Positions 37,886 to 50,600 are shown, numbered from the stretch's first letter. The stretch is DNA of 64,000 bases from Macrostomum lignano (GCA_002269645.1 NIVC01000568.1:372001-436000); one strand, 5' to 3'. Notes: generated from the sequence alone by a model not told the origin. Numbers and translations: made by a program.

Positions 37886-38502
37886 ATTTCAAGAATTCGG
37901 TATTAGGGATCACAAAATCTCTTGTCATTTCACATATCTGGGGGTTCGTTTTTTTCAATTCTACTACTATCTACAAGTAGTAAAATTGGATTCTTAAAGG
38001 GCCCAAATCCTCCCTAATGTGATAAGCTTGCCCAAGCCATGCTCTGAGATGCCGCTACTAACAGTCTTATGAGACTCTGACTGCTGTCAATCCGGCTAGG
38101 ACCTCCCAGCTGCCAAGCCAGACCACCTCGGCATCAATAATTCTTCATCTTTCCTCTTCCTCCTCCCCACTTCCCAAGTCTTTACTGCCTCTTTTAGTTG
38201 TCGCGTCTTCTGCAACACCCAACTGCGGCTGTTGCGTGTCCCGCCTTGAGAGTGAGAGCGGGGTGGGGGTGGCCCCCGACTTTGTTGTTGGCATTGTTAA
38301 TGCCGCTTACCCTTAGACAAGAGAGAGAATTCAGACTGGAACAGCTAACGACAGTCAGTCAGTTCTCTCCTCTACTTTCTGTAGTTATAAACTATATTTG
38401 GTAGCCGGGCAGACAGACAAGGGAAGGAATGGATGCTGCTGCCACTGTCTCCGGACTTTTTTTGCCGTGCAGTCTTGGGTAGATTGAGCAGCTTTTCCTA
38501 TT

Positions 38503-39650
38503 TATGATTTGGCTACTGCACATATCTCTGATCTATTATAGCTACTGCACATATCTCTGATCCATTATAGCTACTGCACATATCTCTGATCTATTATGGC
38601 TGCTGCACATATCTCTGATCTATTATGGCTACTGCACATATCTCTGATCTATTATGGCTACTGCACATATCTCTGATCTATTATAGCTGCTGCACATATC
38701 TCTGATCTATTATGGCTACTGCACATATCTCTGATCTATTATGGCTACTGCACATATCTCTGATCTATTATGGCTACTGCACATATCTCTGATTTATTAT
38801 GGCTACTGCACATATCTCTGATCTATTATGGCTACTGCACATATCTCTGATCTATTATAGCTACTGCACATATCTCTGATCTATTATGGCTACTGCACAT
38901 ATCTCTGATCTATTATGGCTACTGCACATATCTCTGATCTATTATAGCTACTGCACATATCTCTGATCTATTATGGCTACTGCACATATCTCTGATCTAT
39001 TATGGCTACTGCACATATCTCTGATCTATTATAGCTACTGCACATATCTCTGATCTATTATGGCTACTGCACATATCTCTGATCTATTATGGCTACTGCA
39101 CATATCTCTGATTTATTATGGCTACTGCACATATCTCTGATCTATTATGGCTACTGCACATATCTCTGATCTATTATGGCTACTGCACATATCTCTGATC
39201 TATTATGGCTACTGCACATATCTCTGATCTATTATGGCTACTGCACATATCTCTGATCTAATGGCTACTGCACATATCTCTGATCTATTATGGCTACTGC
39301 ACATATCTCTGATCTATTATAGCTACTGCACATATCTCTGATCTATTATGGCTACTGCACATATCTCTGATCTATTATAGCTGCTGCACATATCTCTGAT
39401 CTATTATGGCTACTGCACATATCTCTGATCTATTATGGCTACTGCACATATCTCTGATCTTTTATGGCTACTGCACATATCTCTGATCTATTATGGCTAC
39501 TGCACATATCTCTGATCTATTATGGCTACTGCACATATCTCTGATCTATTATGGCTACTGCACATATCTCTGATCTATTATGGCTACTGCACATATCTCT
39601 GATCTATTATGGCTACTGCACATATCTCTGATCTATTATGGCTACTGCAC
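38503..39650. repeat. 29-bp minisatellite in TMEM143 intron 3, ~40 copies
   Basis: Unit TATCTCTGATCTATTATGGCTACTGCACA; ends 10 nt before the acceptor AG. Confidence 0.98.
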
Positions 39651-39660
39651 AATCCCGCAG

Positions 39661-40141
39661 GCACCCTGGTGATGTCCCCCCTGGACAGGGGCATCATATT
39701 CAGCACCCTGTCGGTGGGCACGGGCGGAGCGCTGTTCGCCAGCTACGCTTGGAAGCACCACCTGACCTACATAGACTACTGGGGCCTGGTCACCGGCGTC
39801 AGCCTCCTAGCCGCATTCCGGGGACCGTCACCTACAAAGAGAGAAAGGCGCGTCATTTGGCCGAACTGGCCGCTCTGGTTTATCACAACTGCCTGGCTGG
39901 CAACCGGCCTCTGCTAGCACTGCTCACTGATCGAGCCGAAGATGAGGCGTTTAAATCCGCTCTGCTGGCTTATTGCATGCTGTTAGCTAAGCCCGACGGC
40001 CTCACTCCGCTACAGTTGGAGCAGGCTGCTCAAGACTGGGCTATGGCCGCCTGCGGCTCCGCTATTGAATTTGACTCGGATAGGCCTGTTGAATTGCTGA
40101 CGGCGCTCGGCTTGGTTAGGGTGCTGCCGCCTGCTGAACAG
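39661..40141 (+). CDS. TMEM143: TMEM143 exon 4 (two hydrophobic segments; 1-nt frameshift at 39820-39823)
   Basis: Acceptor CCCGCAG|; GTLVMSPLDRG...LLAAFRG, then in the shifted frame TVTYKERKARHLAELAALVY...RAEDEAFKSALLAY...IEFD; one extra G in the G4 run joins the frames; donor CAG|GTTCGT. Confidence 0.85.
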
Positions 40142-40189
40142 GTTCGTTATTGTTGATTGTACGAGATTCACTTATCTGCTCACTCTACT

Positions 40190-41000
40190 GGGCTCTTGTC
40201 ACTCTGAGGATTCTGGTCACTCTATTAGGATTTTAGTCACTTTATAATGACTCTGGTCACTCTATAATTATTATGGTCACTCTATAATCATTCTAGTTAC
40301 TTTATTCATATAAAGAATTCTGGTCACTCTATATAAGGATTCTCGTCTTTCAACACGGATTTTGGTCACTCTTTATAAAGATTCTGGTCACTCTAAAAGA
40401 ATTCTGGTCACTATGTAAAGATCCTGTTCACTAAAGAATTCTGGTCAATTTAAGGATTCTGGTCCCTCTAAAAGAATTCTGGTCACTCCAAAAGAATTCT
40501 GGTCACTCTATAAGGATTCCGGTAACTTTGTAAGAATTCTGGTCACTCTCGAAGGAATCCAGTCACTCTATAAGGATTCTGGTCACTGTATAAAAATTCT
40601 GGTCACTCTATGAAGACTCTCGTCTTTCTACAAGGATTCTGGTCACTCTATATAAAGCTTCTGGTCACTCTAAAAGAATTCTGGTCACTCTAAGGATTCT
40701 CGTCTATATAAGGATTGCGGTCACTTTTTAAGAATTCTGGTCACTCTATAATCATTCTGGTTACTCTATAATCATTCTAGTTACTCTATAACCAGTCTGG
40801 TCACTCTATAATCATTCTGGTCACTCTATAATCATTTTGGTTACTCTATAAGAATTCTGGTCACTCTATAATCATTCTGGTTACTCTATAATCATTCTGG
40901 TTACTCTATAAGAATTCTGGTCACTATAATCATTCTGGTCACTCTATAATCATTCTGGTTACTCTATAAGAATTCTGGTCACTCTATAATGGATTATACT
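40190..41000. repeat. 20-22-bp degenerate minisatellite in TMEM143 intron 4
   Basis: Unit approximately TTCTGGTCACTCTATAATCA. Confidence 0.92.
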
Positions 41001-41041
41001 AGACCCATCCTCACTCCAGCCAATCCCACAATCCAATGCAG

Positions 41042-41260
41042 GAATCCGGAGCCAAGGACTCCCACAGCGAAGCCGATGCCCCCAGTCCAACAGCCGAGTC
41101 CCGTCTGGTAGCCGTGGACATTGGCCAGGCTCTCGGCCAGCTGCCTTCTCGGCCGGCCCGTTCGCACCTGTTGCTTAGCGACCAGTACGGCGACGCATTC
41201 GAGCAGGACCGGTACGCGCTGCTGATTGACGTTGAGCGCAGACAGGTGGGCTGGAAGTGA
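41042..41260 (+). CDS. TMEM143: TMEM143 terminal exon
   Basis: Acceptor AATGCAG|, phase 0, GC-rich frame ESGAKD...RLVAVDIGQALGQLP...GWK*; gives ~493 aa in total; ATTAAA at ~41460. Confidence 0.7.
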   Translation, partial: ESGAKDSHSEADAPSPTAESRLVAVDIGQALGQLPSRPARSHLLLSDQYGDAFEQDRYALLIDVERRQVGWK

Positions 41261-41497
41261 CCCTTGATATTGATGAGGAGGTCACCAATTGGCTTTTTTC
41301 ATATTTCTTTCGTGACTTTCAAGTTAATAGAGAGTGACACGTGTCTACTGCTGGTTACGTTAGTTTCCAGATTCTCGCGCTCGGGATCTAAAAAGTATGA
41401 CAAGATAGAGTCTTCCCAAAACCTGTCTTTGCTACTTGGCTCAAAAGTTTAATTTTGTTATTAAAATATAAACTTATGTAAATATGATGGTTCGTAG

Positions 41498-42505
41498 GGT
41501 GAACTGTATCACTCTTTAGTGAGCTGTGTCACTCTTTAGTGAGCTGTGTCACTCTTTAGTGAGCTGTGTCACTCTTTAGTGAGCTGTGTCACTCTTTAGT
41601 GAACTGTATCACTCTTTAGTGAGCTGTGTCTCTCTTTAGTGAACTGTATCACTCTTTAGTGAGCTGTGTCACTCTGTAGTGGACTGTGTCACTCTTTAGT
41701 GAGCTGTGTCACTCTGTAGTGAACTGTGTCACTCTTTAGTGAGCTGCGTCACTCTGTAGTGAACTGTATCACTCTTTAGTGAGCTGTGTCACTCTGTAGT
41801 GGACTGTGTCACTCTTTAGTGAGCTGTGTCACTCTGTAGTGAACTGTGTCACTCTTTAGTGAGCTGTGTCACTCTGTAGTGAACTGTGTCACTCTTTAGT
41901 GAACTGTGTCACTCTTTAGTGAGCTGCGTCTTCTTTAGTGAGCTGTGTCACTCTGTAGTGAGCTGTGTCACTCTTTAGTGAGCTGTGTCACTCTTTAGTG
42001 AGCTGTGTCACTCTTTAGTGAGCTGTGTCACTCTTTAGTGAGCTGTGTCACTCTTTAGTGAACTGTATCACTCTTTAGTGAGCTGTGTCTCTCTTTAGTG
42101 AACTGTATCACTCTTTAGTGAGCTGTGTCACTCTGTAGTGGACTGTGTCACTCTTTAGTGAGCTGTGTCACTCTGTAGTGAACTGTGTCACTCTTTAGTG
42201 AGCTGCGTCACTCTGTAGTGAACTGTATCACTCTTTAGTGAGCTGTGTCACTCTGTAGTGGACTGTGTCACTCTTTAGTGAGCTGTGTCACTCTGTAGTG
42301 AACTGTGTCACTCTTTAGTGAGCTGTGTCACTCTGTAGTGAACTGTGTCACTCTTTAGTGAACTGTGTCACTCTTTAGTGAGCTGCGTCTTCTTTAGTGA
42401 GCTGTGTCACTCTGTAGTGGACTGTGTCACTCTGTAGTGAACTGTGTCACTCTGTAGTGAACTGTATCACTCTGTAGTGGACCGTGCCACTCTGTAGTGG
42501 ACTGT
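41498..42505. repeat. 20-bp minisatellite, ~50 copies
   Basis: Unit GTGAGCTGTGTCACTCTTTA with an internal AGTGA/TCACT inverted repeat; higher-order duplication of variant patterns. Confidence 0.97.
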
Positions 42506-42964
42506 GCCACTCATTAGACTATAATTAATAAATATTAGTTCCAGTGGCCTTCATTCTTTTTGAGAAATCAGAAGAAATATGAATATATTAATATATACAT
42601 TGGTTAGTCCGTTATTGAATTTTTATCGTGCTCAAATGTACTTGCACTTTGTAGGAAATGCCCTTTCGCCTTGCGCTTAGAACAGAACCACTCTGTCATG
42701 CAGTTTAATTTATCAGATAGTTCCCATAATAAATTATTAGAGCTAATAGGCTTCAGTTTCATATATCCTTAGTCCTTATATATATAATATGCCAGCTTGA
42801 TTACAAAGTTGCAACCGGTTCAAAAAGCCAGAGAAATACACGCGCCCATGGTGAACTTATTGATTATTCAACTAACGTTGATCTTCTACTGTAAGTAGTT
42901 AATTTTTTATCTAAATGACATTTGTTTTTGTTCAAATGTTTATTTTTAACTTTTGAACTATTAA

Positions 42965-44055
42965 AGAATGGCCCCTTATGACCCTGTAGAATGGCCCCTT
43001 ATGACCCTGTAGAATGACCCCTTATGACCCTGTAGAATGGCCCCTTATGACCCTGTAGAATGGCCCCCTATGACCCTGTAGAATTGCTCCCTATGACCTT
43101 GTAGAATGGCTCCTTATGACCCTGTAGAATGGCCCCCTATGACCCTGTAGAATGGCCCCCTATGACCCTGTAGAATGGCCCCTTATGACCCTGTAGAATG
43201 GCCCCTTATGAACCTGCAGAACCTGTAGAATGACCCTTATAACCCTGTAAAATCGCCCCCTATGACCCTGTAGAATGGCCCCTTATGACCCTGTAGAATG
43301 GCCCCTTATGACCCTGCAGTACCTGTAGAATGACCCTTATAACCCTGTAAAATCGCCCCTTATGACCCTGTAGAATGGCCCTTATGACCCTGTAAAATCG
43401 CCCCTTATGACCCTGTAGAATGGCCCTTATAACCCTGTAAAATCGCCCCTTATGACCCTGTAGAATGGCCCTTATAACCCTGTAAAATCGCCCCTTATGA
43501 CCCTTTAAAATCGCTCCTTATGACCCTTTAGAATGGCCCTTATAACCCTGTAAAATCGCCCCTTATGACCCTGTAAAATTGCCCCTTATGACCCTGTAGA
43601 ATGGCCCTTATAACCCTGTAAAATCGCCCCTTTTGACCCTGTAAAATCGCCCCTTATGACCCTGTAGAATGGCCCTTATGACCCTGCAAAATCGCCCCTT
43701 ATGACCCTGTAGAATGGCCCTTATGACCCTGCAAAATCGCCCCTTATGACCCTGTAGAATGGCCCTTATAACGCTGTAAAATCGCCCCTTATGAACCTGC
43801 AGAATCGCCTAGTTTGAACCTGTAGAATCGCGCCCTATGACCCTGTAGAATGGCCCTTATGACCCTGCAAAATCGCCCCTTATGACCCTGTAGAATGGCC
43901 CTTATAACCCTGTAAAATCGCTCCTTATGACCCTGTAAAATCGCCCCTTATGACCCTGTAGAATGGCCCTTATGACCCTGTAAAATCGCCCCTTATGAAC
44001 CTGCAGAATCGCCTAGTTTGAACCTGTAGAATCGCGCCCTATGACCCTGTAGAAT
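42965..44055. repeat. 22-23-bp minisatellite
   Basis: Unit GAATGGCCCCTTATGACCCTGTA alternating with AAATCGCCCC variants. Confidence 0.96.
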
Positions 44056-44574
44056 CACATTTTATGACAGCCTGCATTTCCTATTTAAGTAATCGCCCCA
44101 TATCGCTAATGAAATCTGCAGTTTTCTCCACTATATAGTTCTCAAAGATTTTCTTTGAAGTTACAGTTAAGTTCAGCAGAAATGAATGCAGCTTTTTGCG
44201 CATCGTATGAACAGGAAGGACACTGTAAACTTTTTGTTAATAAAACCAACCACCCGAATGCTTAGTCTCGGGGATTACGGGGCTCCAGAACGGATGGACT
44301 AAAATAGGAAGTAGATGAAACAGGGAAGCACGAAGGGATCAAGGAGCAGTTTTTATGGAGTTCCTGGCTTGGTCGGTAGATTGGAGATTAAGCTATAGCG
44401 ACCGGGGGGGGGGTAACCGAACACGACAAAAGCGTTGTCGACTGTCGGGCCTGGACATGCCAAGTCCGCATTGTTAATCCACGTACAGGGACAGCTACAG
44501 CAAGTTTCGCCGGTTTTCAGTTTTCGTGCTGTTTTTCCTGAACTGCTACTGAAGACAAGGAAAGGAAATGCTAT

Positions 44575-45400
44575 GGCTCATGGGGGACATTGCTGAGATG
44601 TCAAGGCTAATCGTGGACATTGCTGAGATGTCAAGGCTCATGGGGGAATTGCTGAGATGTCAAGGCTCATGGGGGAATTGCTGAGATGTCAAGGCTCATG
44701 GGGTAATAGCTGAGATGTCAAGGCTCATGGGGTAATTGCTGAGATGTCAAGGCTTACTGGGGAATTGCTGAGATGTCGAGGCTCATGGGGGAATTGCTCA
44801 GATGTCAAGGCTTATTGGGGAATTGCTGAGATGTCAAGGCTCATGGGGTAATTACTGAGATGTCAAAGCTCATGGGGTAATTGCTGAGATGTCAAGGCTT
44901 ACTGGGGAATTGCTGAGATGTCAAGGCTTACTGGGGAATTGCTGAGATGTCAAGGCTTACTGGGGAATTGCTGAGATGTCAAGGCTTACTGGGGAATTGC
45001 TGAGATGTCGAGGCTCATGGGGGAATTGCTCAGATGTCAAGGCTTATCGGGGAATTGCTGAGATGTCGAGGCTTACTGGGGAATTGCTGAGATGTCGAGG
45101 CTCATGGGGGAATTGCTCAGATGTCAAGGCTTATCGGGGAATTGCTGAGATGTCAAAGCTCATGGGGGAATTGCTGAGATGTCAAAGCTCATGGGGGAAT
45201 TGCTGAGATGTCAAGGCTTACTGGGGAATTGCTGAGATGTCGAGGCTCATGGGGGAATTGCTCAGATGTCAAGGCTTATCGGGGAATTGCTGAGATGTCA
45301 AAGCTCATGGGGGAATTGCTGAGATGTCAAAGCTCATGGGGTAATTGCTGAGATGTCAAGGCTCATGGGGTAAGTGCTGAAATGCTGTGGCTCATGGGGG
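44575..45400. repeat. 29-bp minisatellite
   Basis: Unit TGGGGGAATTGCTGAGATGTCAAGGCTCA. Confidence 0.96.
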
Positions 45401-46383
45401 TTACTCAGATGCTTTGAGCTCACAGAGAATGCTGAAATCTTAGGCCAGATAGCAGGCTTTCAGGGCGGGTGCTTCTTTTACTTTAAACATCATTTTCCAA
45501 TAGTGACTGTACGAGATCAAAATCTACATGTAGTTTATTTAAAAGTTTTTATTTCTTTCTTTGTTGCCTGCCCAACGGGGGGCGCAGGTTGCTATAGTTT
45601 ATGTATGTACTCGTAGTTTAGTCGACAACTTTTTAATGTAGTTTATTGAAGTTTTTTATGACTATATGGAGTTAAAATTTAGTATTTAATAATAATGCAG
45701 GGATCCAATGTAAACACAGCCTACTGCACATGTATTGTACTCGCATATGGAGCCTGAGTCCGTTAAGGGACGGAGAGATGAAGGAAAAGATCAATGCACA
45801 ATCGGAGCAAACTGGGTGACAGAGGCGGTCTCGCCTCACACTGTATGTGTGTCGTTTCTGTTCTCGTTTAATCTATCTAGCTCTCGCTTTTAGGATTGCA
45901 GCTCAGCAGCTTATATCCCCTTGAGGCTTCTGGGAGATTGGATGTAGCTGCAGAGCTCTTTGAGAGGCGAACAGTTCAGAATCTTGTGCGGCTATAGATG
46001 GATAAATATAGAGGCTGTCTTGGATTTGGTTTGCAATTATTCTAATATCTGTCGTTGGCTGTTTCCGTGGTCGATTAGCAACAAAGACTTTGATAAGGAT
46101 TCTTTGGCGGGCTACACTCGCCAATCGTGCTAATTTTGCTGGAGACCCAGTTTTTGTAGAAAATAAAATACATCTAGTGCTGAAAAATCAACAGACAATA
46201 TCTCAACTTCTGGACATCCGAATCTGCATATGAAGCCAGATTTTTTTGCATTTTTGCGTTGCGTTAAAATAGACGAACTATTTTAAGATGAACCATAGAC
46301 GAACTGGGTCGATATAATAGTACATTTGGGAAATATTAACTAGTGAGGTTTGGTCGCTGTACGAGATCCTTTTTATTGTTTAG

Positions 46384-46450
46384 CCCAGGGGTCGGCAAAC
46401 TTCCGCCTGCGGGTCACGTGCGGTCTGTGAAGCCTTTCTATCCGGCCCTC
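46384..46450 (+). mobile_element. Solo hAT (Charlie-like) terminal inverted repeat
   Basis: CAGGGGTCGGCAAAC followed by GCGGGTCAC / CCGGCCC subterminal motifs; partner end not found. Confidence 0.55.
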
Positions 46451-46499
46451 GGGTCCTTTGAAACTTCACAATAGCAATCCGGCCCGCTCACGGTTTGTG

Positions 46500-47027
46500 T
46501 CTCTTCTCAGCTCTCTCCTCTCCTCTCCTCTTCTCTCCTCTCCTCTCCTCTCTCTTCTTTCTATTCTCTTCTCTCCTTACCTCTCCTCTCCTCTCCTCTC
46601 CTCTCCTCTCCTCTCCTCTCCTCTCCTCTCCTCTCCTCTCCTCTCTCTTCTTTCCATTCTCTTCTCTCCTTACCTCTCCTCTCCTCTCCTCTCTCTTCTT
46701 TCTCTTCTCTCCTTACCTCTCCTCTCCTCTCCTCACCTCTCCTCTCCTCTCCTCTCCTCTCCTCTCTCTTCTTTCTCTCCTCTCCTCACCTCACCTCACC
46801 TCACCTCTCCTCTCCTCTCCTCTTTTCCTCTCCTCTCCTCACCTCTCCTCACCTCTTCTCCTCTCCTCTCCTCTCCTCTCCTCTCCTCACCTCTCCTCTC
46901 CTCTTCTCCTCTCCTCTCCTCACCTCTCCTCTCCTCTTCTCCTCACCTCTTCTCCTCTCCTCTCCTCTCCCCTCCTCTCCTCTCCTCTTCTCTTTCTCTT
47001 CTCCTCTCCTCTCTCTCCTTTCCTCTC

Positions 47028-47059
<32 letters not shown>

Positions 47060-47560
47060 AATACGCGGCCCCGCAAGCAAGTCAGTTAGAGCAGGGCGCG
47101 TCAGATGGCGCGCCGCAGAGCCTGGGAGCGAAAAAAGTCCGCTCCGTTGGCAGTGTCGGGCGCCCCAGCGCCGCACAGCAGGCAGTCCACGTATCGACGG
47201 GTTCGGGCCTGACCCCGCCTGAACGGGCCCTGCAAGGTGAGCAGCAGGACATCCTGAACGGGTTGGGGCAGTAGCTCTCGACCCGGATCACGTGGCCCGC
47301 CAGTTGGAGTCGCCGTCGGCGCAGGATGGTGGACGGGCGCTGCAGCTTGGCCCGATCGTACAGGGCCTCGGTCCCGACGCTCTCGTCAGCTCGAAAGGCC
47401 GCACGGAGCAGACCTGAGTGCGCCGAGTCCAGCTGCCGCTCCAGCGTAGCCGTCAGCGTCCACGTCTCCTCTCCTCTCCTCTCCTTTCCTCTCCTCTCCT
47501 CTCCTCACCTCTCCCCTCCTCTCCTCTCATCTTTATTCCCTCTCCCTTCCTCTCTTCAGG
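46500..47560. repeat. (CTCCT)n pentanucleotide array split by a LINE insertion
   Basis: Pure pyrimidine tract 46500-47027 and 47467-47560. Confidence 0.95.
47028..47466 (-). mobile_element. 5'-truncated RTE-type LINE 3' end (same family group as 31436-32352)
   Basis: TWTLTATLERQLDSAHSGLLRAAF...RRRRLQLAGHVIRVESYCP..(frameshift)..RRGQARTRRYVDCLL...*; (TTG)n tail 47028-47060. Confidence 0.88.
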
Positions 47561-49035
47561 CGTGCCGCCGTGTGCTAGATTCCCTATCTCCCTGTCTAGA
47601 AATAAAATATTGTTAACTTTATAGAAACTTTAGTTCTCCGTGGCCAGCAACTACCGTGCCTATTAAAGATCAATAACTTCCTAAATAGTTAACACAGTTC
47701 CAAGTATATACTGCTGGCCAATCAGTTAGATGGCGTCAGAGGTACGAAGTAGCTCTGTTATATGGGCAATAAATTCGTGCTTTGCTGCATAGGCCCGCAT
47801 TTTTAATCAATACACTTCCACCGCCTTAGGGTTGGCTTGACTTGGCTTCATGCCGCATTACGGATGCAGGCCATTGATCACTCAGACAGAAGGACAGGCA
47901 TAGGTAAGAGCTCATATATAGGGTGCTTTTCAATTGTTAAACAGCCCCTGAGCTGAGAACCAAGTAAGAATAGGAATAGGAATAAGAAAGGACAAAGGAG
48001 ACAAGTGAAATGAGAACCAAGGACGACGCGAAGGGGCCGCCCACCCCCAGATTAACTACCAAATGCATATGCCGCCCTGGTGCTAAAGCCCCTGGTGCTG
48101 GCGCCCCTCCAATTGACACGGCGCCCCGCCCAAAAGCACGCAGTTAATAAAGATCCTGGCTACATCCTTCTGGCAGTAATGGTTATTGAATATCTGAGGC
48201 ACCAATTTCTGGACACATTCCCTGAATTAATAACTATAGGAGCATCTCACTTCTCTGCTTCTTATTGAACTAGGTTGTTCCTATCGACCAATCCGCAGTG
48301 GAAATATTCATTCAGTCGGTCATGCATGTCCATGACTGGCCAGTGGCAATGGTGTGCTGTGGTCAAAAAATTCATTTCCCCATGGGGCAGGGGTTAGGGG
48401 AGATATATCCATCATCAGCTGCTGCGGCGAGACTATAAGCAGCCTCGTGCGTTTTCTTCTCGATCCGCGGGAATTCCCACCCGTGCTGCCGTGTCTTCCG
48501 CATATTCATCCGGTGTTGTCTCTTGCCGGGGGTTGGCGGGACTCGGACAGCGCGTGACACAGGGCTATTGAGCATGGCCGAGAGGCTGCACCATGCGCCT
48601 ATGCGGCTGGCTGTGTCAGGCGCCAAACTCATTTCCTCTCCTAGTAGGGGTGGCTGACGGTTGGAGGCACTTCTTTGGCCTGCTCTGCTGCCGCCTGTGC
48701 AGAGCTCTGCGTGTGTCTGATTTGCTGAATGACCGCTCCGCAAATGGCGAATGGGAAAATAGGGGAGATAGGGAGCGAGAGGCGACGAGCGTCTGGGGGG
48801 GGGGGGGCAGATGAGGGAGGCAGCGAGAGATGTGTCAAAGCCCTTCACAGCCTCCTGCGCGCAATCCCGGCAGCACGCCCAGTGCAATTTCATTTTCTTT
48901 CTCGACCTTCTCTTTTTCTCTCACTGTCTCTCGCTTAGAACGGTATAAAGTTACAGTAGGCCTATAGTTGGGAACAACTCCTTTACAAGCTAAAATCTGG
49001 TCTAACCAAAGCAACAAGCAATATAGGCATCGGCG

Positions 49036-49043
49036 TGACGTCA
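49036..49043. promoter_or_regulatory. Perfect CRE palindrome upstream of NOS1AP
   Basis: TGACGTCA ~380 nt upstream of the ATG; motif match only. Confidence 0.3.
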
Positions 49044-49422
49044 TCAATCAACAATTTCTGTAAGCAACGTCAGTTTATGTGTTGCCCATTCAATATTGCT
49101 GAAAAAAAGTTCTCCAAAGCATGCATTGTTAGCAGTTCTTATAAGGGCAACTTAATGCTGTTCTGAAAGCCCTACTTCAAAAGTCTTTGTTGCTTTGTTT
49201 GAATTAAACGGCACAAAAAATCAATTCAAGAGGGGCAACCCCTCTTGCAACCTCCTCGCTTGGCTCCTTCCTCGCTATCGTCTCGAGCTGCGGCACTGAC
49301 CAAAGAGTCCAGCTAAGAGTTGCCGGAACTCACGCACTCCCAACCCTCGTGACCGCATCATCATTTCACGGGTAAAATCTGCAGAGCACGCTGTTTAAAG
49401 TGTTTAAGAAACGCACTCAGCC

Positions 49423-50441
49423 ATGTCAGACGACTACACACCTGAGGAGGCCTACCCGATGCATCCCGAGGAGGCCTTCCACCGGGGCATCCAGTACGAG
49501 GCCCGCTACATCGGCAGCATGGACGTGGCCAGGCCGCAGAGCCGCACAGAAATTGTTGCCGCGATGCGTCGCGTCCGATTCGAATTCAAAGCCAAGGCGG
49601 CCAAAAAGCGCAAGGTGGTCGTGGCGATCTCGTTGGACGGCGTCAGTCTGATTTTTAAACGACCGCCCAAACCCTGGCACGAGGGTGCCAGCCTGGGCGG
49701 CGGCGTCGGGCCGGGCTGCGGCCAGCTGCTCATGCACCACCCCATCTACCGGATCTTCTACGTGTCGCACGACTCGCAGGACCTGAAGATTTTCAGCTAC
49801 ATCGCCCGAGACAGCCATCGGAACGCGTTCAAGTGCAACGTGTTCAAAGCCGCCAAGAAGGTGCAAGCGGTGCGCATCGTGCGCACCATTGGCCAGGCCT
49901 TCGAGATCTGCCACCAGCTGTCGCTGGCATCCAAGGAGCAGCAGCAGCTGTTGCAGCAGCAGCGGTCCCAGCAGGCGGATGCTGGTAAGGCTTCATCCAA
50001 ATCCGAGACAGCGGCAGCATCGGGGAAGTCGCCTCGGGAGCAGTCAAAGTCGCAGCAGTCGATGGTTTCGGTGGCCACCGAGACTTCGCCGAGCTGGGAG
50101 GAGCTCCAGCATCAGCTGATCGCTGCGGCAGCCGACGGCAGCGGTGACACCAGCGAGAGCTTTGACTGCCAGACGGCGCTCTGGCGGCGGCACAGCAGGC
50201 AACTGATGCAGCAGCAGCTGGAGCACCGGGCGCAGCAGACCCGGGCCGCGCTTGCCGAAGTGCAGCTGCTTCGCGACCAGCTGGCCGCGGAGTCGGCTGC
50301 CCGGACCGAGGCTCAGTCGAGAGCGCAACGGCTGCTGGACCAGAACCGCGACCTGCTGGACCACCTCAACCAGTTGGTGCATCGGACTCGGGCCCTGGAG
50401 CTGCGCCTGCATCAGCAGCAGTTGGAGCTGCAACAGCCCAG
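49423..50441 (+). CDS. NOS1AP: NOS1AP/CAPON (DYC-1-like) exon 1: PTB domain and coiled coil
   Basis: EAFHRGIQYEARYIGSMDVARPQSRTEIVAAMRRVRFEFKAK; HPIYRIFYVSHDSQDLKIFSYIARD; VQLLRDQLAAESAARTEAQ coiled coil; donor AG|GTAATT. Confidence 0.95.
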
Positions 50442-50465
50442 GTAATTGAGGCACTTGACCATGTG

Positions 50466-50600
50466 AACCAACCCACAAGGCACAGAGTGTTGAACACGCC
50501 TGATAATGACAAAGTTGGGGTTGCTGTACACCCTCTTTGTTGAGTGTGTGTCTGCGTACGAACCCTTGAAAGTGCTCAGGTGCCAGCGGAATGGGCCTGA
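50466..50600 (+). mobile_element. Headless SINE body copy in the NOS1AP intron
   Basis: Shares ACCAACC..CAAG.CACAG..GCCTGATAA and TCAGG..CAGCGGAATGGGC blocks with 57684-57830 and 60010-60192. Confidence 0.55.

Noticed and set aside
34925-37980. Repetitive ORFs (SQILSC, EHRGMMG, IFNPEIL, LKIKISG)
   Set aside because: Translations of intronic minisatellites.
46458-47274. LLSSP-rich 254/259-aa ORFs
   Set aside because: Translation of (CTCCT)n plus an antisense LINE fragment.
47285-47315. Possible partner TIR for the hAT end at 46384
   Set aside because: The weak CACGTG.CCCGC similarity lies inside RTE coding sequence (LQLAGHVIR), so it is coincidental.
48372-48938. GC-rich overlapping ORFs upstream of NOS1AP
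   Set aside because: No homology recognised; may be promoter, UTR or repeat.
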